11,205 nucleotides of DNA from Promethearchaeia archaeon. Its GTDB lineage: Archaea; Asgardarchaeota; Lokiarchaeia; Sigyniarchaeales; SOKP01. The stretch spans positions 1 to 11,205 of the forward strand of contig JAWOCD010000105.1 of assembly GCA_046483985.1 (NCBI GenBank), written 5' to 3'. Numbering within the stretch: the stretch's first letter is position 1; every line of letters starts with the position of its first letter. Both the position numbers and the translations under genes were made by a program. Under the pieces are notes generated by a model. The model saw nothing but the letters and a program-made list of their open reading frames with translations. It had not been told where the DNA came from and made no database searches. Below are positions 7,229-11,205 of the stretch, piece by piece.

Positions 7229-7317
7229 TTTATAAATTAAAATGTAATTTTTAAAAAAAATTTTATTAAAATGCAGATAATCAACTTAGTTTTTAAAGGA
7301 AAAATCAATTTTATAAT
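7229..7317. promoter_or_regulatory. Divergent promoter region (YkgJ-like gene / M42 peptidase)
   Basis: Self-complementary TTTATAAA at 7229-7236 (about 44 nt before the ATG at 7185 on -) and TTTATAAT at 7310-7317, preceded by purine-rich AAGGAAAAA (about 38 nt before the ATG at 7356 on +). Confidence 0.35.
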
Positions 7318-7355
7318 TATTAATTTCTAACTAATTTTAAAATATTGGTGGGAAA

Positions 7356-8441
7356 ATGAGGTTTGAAGAAGATTTCAAAATACTTAAAAATTTAACTGAG
7401 ATCCAAGGGTGTAGTGGCAATGAGAATAAGGTCCGCGAGTATATTAGAAAAACCGTGGAAGAATATTGTGACAAGATAGAAACCGACGTTCTAGGGAACC
7501 TCTTCTGCTTTATTAAGGGAGAGAAAAAAACAAATAGTTCAAAGTTGAAAATTATGTTTGACGCCCATATGGATGAGATTGGGTTCATTGTCCGTTATAT
7601 TAATGAAAATGGATTCATTAAATTCTCCAAAGTTGGAGGGCAAAACACTCGAATACTTCCAGGACAAAAGGTGACAATCCATAGTACGTCGGGTAAAGAA
7701 ATCATAGGTGTTATTGGAGAAAAGGCAATACATCTTATCGAAAAAGAGGATAGGAAAAAAACAACAGATATTGAAGATCTCTTTATTGACGTGGGCATGA
7801 AAAGCAGAGAAGAAGTTAAGAAATATATAGCAGTTGGAGATTATATTACCTTGAAGCAAGAATGTACTGCATTCGAGAATAAAAATCGAATTTTTTCAAA
7901 AGCGTTTGATGATCGTGCTGGTTGTTTTGTGTTCATTAAATTAATCAAGGAATTATCTAAATTAAAAGAGCAATTAGATAAGGATTTAATATTCCAATTC
8001 GCCGCCCAAGAGGAAATTGGGGTCCGAGGGGCGACTGTGGGTTCATTTAAAGTTAGCCCCGATATAGCCATTGTTGTGGAAGTAGTACATGCTATAGATT
8101 ACCCAAGTGTGAGCAAGGAAAAATTTTATGAATGTGATTTGGGTTCCGGTACCTCCATTCGCGTCGGCCCCAATCTCTTTTCAAAACTCTCAAAATTGTT
8201 AATTGAAACGGCAAAAGAAGAAGAGCTACCTTATATTTTAAAAGCCGAACCTCGAGCGACTCCAACGGATGCACGAGCAATTCAAATGACGAAATCTGGT
8301 ATTCCATGCGCATTGGTCGCTATACCCTTACGGTATATGCATACTAACATTGAGACTCTGGAATACGGAGATCTTGTTAATACAGTCAAATTATTAAAGA
8401 ATTTTACGTTAAAAGATTTAAAAACTCCCATTAAGTTATAA
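7356..8441 (+). CDS. M42 family metallo-aminopeptidase (TET-like)
   Basis: Motifs GCSGNE, DAHMDEIG, KAFDDRAG, QEEIGVRGA, TDA and RYMHT; 361 aa is typical for the family. Confidence 0.95.
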   Translation: MRFEEDFKILKNLTEIQGCSGNENKVREYIRKTVEEYCDKIETDVLGNLFCFIKGEKKTNSSKLKIMFDAHMDEIGFIVRYINENGFIKFSKVGGQNTRILPGQKVTIHSTSGKEIIGVIGEKAIHLIEKEDRKKTTDIEDLFIDVGMKSREEVKKYIAVGDYITLKQECTAFENKNRIFSKAFDDRAGCFVFIKLIKELSKLKEQLDKDLIFQFAAQEEIGVRGATVGSFKVSPDIAIVVEVVHAIDYPSVSKEKFYECDLGSGTSIRVGPNLFSKLSKLLIETAKEEELPYILKAEPRATPTDARAIQMTKSGIPCALVAIPLRYMHTNIETLEYGDLVNTVKLLKNFTLKDLKTPIKL

Positions 8442-8539
8442 AGGTTATAAAATTTGACACAATATTCCGAATAGTCCAATAGATATTCTTTTATTGAAAG
8501 ATGATAGATTTTTAATTCATTTTTAAATTTTTGAGTATT

Positions 8540-8590
8540 TTTATAAATACATAAATAGATACTTTATTCACTCAATTAAAAAATAAAGGA
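8540..8590 (+). promoter_or_regulatory. Putative TATA box and SD-like site for the subtilase
   Basis: TTTATAAA at 8540-8547 and AAAGGA at 8585-8590, upstream of the ATG at 8597. Confidence 0.35.
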
Positions 8591-8596
8591 ATTTGG

Positions 8597-11205
8597 ATGG
8601 CATCCCTCAGAATTAGGATAAACCAGCTTTTTATTGGTTTTATTTTATTAAACCTAGTGCTGTCAAGTACCTTTATTGGAGAATTTCGTGGTACTTTTGG
8701 GGATAAATACAGCCCCCAAAAAGATGTTTCTTCTCATGAAATTGCAGATAGTCATATTGATAATTCCAGCCAAGAGAGTATTCGAGACATAATTGACGCT
8801 GAATTATTGCATGACGTCGAAAGGGAGAATAAAAGCAAGGAACTTAACCTTCTCTTTGAAGTGAATAACAATTATTTAAATGAGTCCATGGATTTTTTTG
8901 GAAGGTATGGAAAGATAGAAGATATTCTTGATTACCAATATTATTGCGGGTTTTCGGCAAAAGTAAACGTTACCCAATTTAAAAGCTATATTACTCGCGA
9001 ACCAGAACATATAGAGCATATCGAATATAATGGAAAAGCAGAGCTTACGCTGAAGAATACGCTCCAGCAACTCAGAGTAAATCCGTATTTACGTGAGAAA
9101 TATGGATTAAGGGGTGATAACCAGAGCAGTATAGCAATCTTGGACTCGGGGGTTGATGCCAACCATTCGGCTTTTAAAAACAAAAACATCACATGGGTGG
9201 ATTTTACTGAGGAGGGTGCCCCCGAACCGAAAGACACAAGAGGGCATGGAACTGGGGTGGGTGGGGTTGCATGCGGAGAGCCTTATAGGACCGTTGATGA
9301 ACAGAATCGGACAATCGTTTCTGAACGTTACTTTTATCCATGGAGTGATCTTAATATCTCAAAAGATTGGAAATTTTCCTCCAATTCATTTTTAGTAAAC
9401 ACAGATGGTACCATTAAACTGGAAGGAAATTGGTTCGCAGAGTCAGATAGTAAAGCTAATGTGTATTCCTTTGATTTAGTTAATAGCAAGGGAAAAACAG
9501 TAAAAAATGTCAGTACGAGTAAAAAAGGAAAAAGTTATAATCTTACATATCAAGTCAATGAAACAAATTATGGAATTTATTCAGTACAACACCATTTTAA
9601 TTTTTCTTCTGAAGATTCTCAAGCCTATGGATTGAATTTAACCCTATATATTCCAGAGAATCAATCAACCATAGAGCAATATTATCAAGGCATTGCCCCA
9701 GATTGTAATTTAGTTGCACTAAGATGTTTTAACGAGACAGGGAGATTAGACGATATTATTGAGGCAATGAATTGGGTACTCGATCATAAAGAAAACTATA
9801 GTATTACAACTGCCGTAATGAGTTTCAAAACAAATAAAGAGAGTAAAACTGTACGTAATTTAGCGGATCAAATGGTAAAAGAAGGAATATTTGTGGCCGC
9901 AGCGGCGGGTAATGACGGTCCTTTCGTTACAGACCAATCGGATCCCAATTATGGAGAACTGAAAAATTGGGCTGGCTCTTTAGAAAATGCCCCCGGATGC
10001 GCGGATAAAGCGATGTCTGTGGGGGCAACCACCTATAATTTTTCATTAACGGAATATTCCTCCAGAGGGGGACCCTCTCCAACCGGTAATGTAATTAAAC
10101 CGGATATTGTTGCGCCTGGTGGGTCTAAATATGATAATGTCTATTATAATAACCCGTCCATGTATGTCCCCGATACTAACTTCGGGGAATATTTAGGAGA
10201 GACAGAAGACGTGCCAAGTCAATATTTGGATATGGATGATTTTATTGGCAACGACACATATGCTGTGTCTGGGACTTCCTATGCAGCACCAATCGTTGGT
10301 GGAGCAGCTCAGTTAATTATCGAAAGATTGGGGGGAATTAAAAATTGGAATTATACAGAACAAAATGCGCTTTTTATTAAGAATCTACTTCTATTAACGG
10401 CAACAGAAACCTATCCCAATGAAAGATTAGATTTTTCTTCCATTCTCGATTATTCAGCCCAATCCCCTGAGTTAAATCGAGGGGGAAAAGATATCCAAGA
10501 GGGATACGGAAAGATAAACATCGATGCAGCAATCGATGCACTAAACGGCACTCTCGAGGTGAATTCGACCTCCTCGGGGGAGCTATATTCAATCCCCTCA
10601 AACCAGGTTAAAAAACCGTATTGCTGGGCTCGCACAATTAATCTACCGCGAGCATATTATAATATCTCCCTTGAAATCCCCGAAAATGCAGATTTTGACC
10701 TCTATATATATGATTACCAAGGAGATCAATTCGGAGAGCCGATTATTAAGGGCAGAAATATTAATGAGACCGTGGGAGGCGATGAGGCGCTCATTGATTT
10801 CCCCGCGCATACCGCCGGCAAATATTTTATCGTGGTAAAGGGTGTGAACGGGTCCGGCCAATTTAACCTCTCGATTTATACCTCTCCCACATACTATGAC
10901 ACGGTAAATCCCGCATGTCAATTGAACCTTCCACTTGAGAATGGGCTTTACAATGAATCGATCTTTATTGAAGGAAACGCCTCTGATAACTATAATCTTT
11001 CAAGAGTTTCCATTATTATCTCAAGTCCGAGCCGCACCACTACAATCCCACTCTCGTTTGGAAATACCACTGCATCATATTTCAACGCCACATGGATTTC
11101 AAAGAAGATCGATAATGGGGAATGCATCATCTATGCAAAAGTCTATGATGAATTTAATAATACAGCCATTTCCGAATCAGTAAATATTACCATTTTTAAC
11201 GATGA
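8597..11205 (+). CDS. Secreted S8 (subtilisin-like) serine peptidase with PPC-like and Ig-like C-terminal domains; 3'-truncated by window
   Basis: Manual translation gives 869 uninterrupted codons from ATG 8597. Signal-like N-terminus MASLRIRINQLFIGFILLNLVLSS, propeptide, IAILDSGVD (Asp codon 9143), GHGTGVGG (His 9245), AAGNDG (Asn 9911), KPDIVAPGG, SGTSYAAP (Ser 10277). These are followed by DFDLYIYD...GKYFIVVKG (PPC-like) and DTVNP...GNASDN...VYDEFNN (Ig-like). Missing from the ORF track because there is no stop in the window. Confidence 0.95.
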   Translation, partial: MASLRIRINQLFIGFILLNLVLSSTFIGEFRGTFGDKYSPQKDVSSHEIADSHIDNSSQESIRDIIDAELLHDVERENKSKELNLLFEVNNNYLNESMDFFGRYGKIEDILDYQYYCGFSAKVNVTQFKSYITREPEHIEHIEYNGKAELTLKNTLQQLRVNPYLREKYGLRGDNQSSIAILDSGVDANHSAFKNKNITWVDFTEEGAPEPKDTRGHGTGVGGVACGEPYRTVDEQNRTIVSERYFYPWSDLNISKDWKFSSNSFLVNTDGTIKLEGNWFAESDSKANVYSFDLVNSKGKTVKNVSTSKKGKSYNLTYQVNETNYGIYSVQHHFNFSSEDSQAYGLNLTLYIPENQSTIEQYYQGIAPDCNLVALRCFNETGRLDDIIEAMNWVLDHKENYSITTAVMSFKTNKESKTVRNLADQMVKEGIFVAAAAGNDGPFVTDQSDPNYGELKNWAGSLENAPGCADKAMSVGATTYNFSLTEYSSRGGPSPTGNVIKPDIVAPGGSKYDNVYYNNPSMYVPDTNFGEYLGETEDVPSQYLDMDDFIGNDTYAVSGTSYAAPIVGGAAQLIIERLGGIKNWNYTEQNALFIKNLLLLTATETYPNERLDFSSILDYSAQSPELNRGGKDIQEGYGKINIDAAIDALNGTLEVNSTSSGELYSIPSNQVKKPYCWARTINLPRAYYNISLEIPENADFDLYIYDYQGDQFGEPIIKGRNINETVGGDEALIDFPAHTAGKYFIVVKGVNGSGQFNLSIYTSPTYYDTVNPACQLNLPLENGLYNESIFIEGNASDNYNLSRVSIIISSPSRTTTIPLSFGNTTASYFNATWISKKIDNGECIIYAKVYDEFNNTAISESVNITIFND

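Noticed and set aside
7337-8479. Six short minus-strand ORFs
   Set aside because: All are antisense to the M42 peptidase and have no recognisable features.
10520-10540. Direct repeat ATCGATGCA-gca-ATCGATGCA
   Set aside because: It simply encodes IDAAIDA in the C-terminal helix of the S8 domain.
8876-11183. Seven short ORFs listed in the track across the right end
   Set aside because: All overlap the continuous S8 peptidase frame starting at 8597, so this is not a fragmented or pseudogene region.

Overview
AT-rich window that looks like an Asgard archaeal (Lokiarchaeia-like) chromosome. This is inferred from a Rab-like GTPase fused to a longin/uDENN-like domain, an archaeal-style HDxNN histidine kinase, TTTATAA TATA boxes and oligo-T terminators. 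Gene order: 5' end of an unknown gene running off the left edge (-), MBL-fold hydrolase (-), longin/uDENN-Rab fusion (-), a 317-bp intergenic region with a hairpin-rich element resembling a decayed IS200/IS605 (tnpB-type) right end, a membrane-anchored clan GH-D-like glycoside hydrolase (+), a soluble PAS histidine kinase (-), a YkgJ/CxxCxxCC protein (-), an M42 aminopeptidase (+), and a large secreted S8 subtilase (+). The subtilase is absent from the ORF track because it runs off the right edge. The strongest lead is the Rab fusion. Its N-terminal domain resembles the SMCR8/folliculin longin domain and keeps the D-x-x-x-R-G loop that carries their GAP arginine finger, which suggests a small GTPase with a built-in GAP module. 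All family assignments come from motif recognition and recalled sequences; no searches were run.
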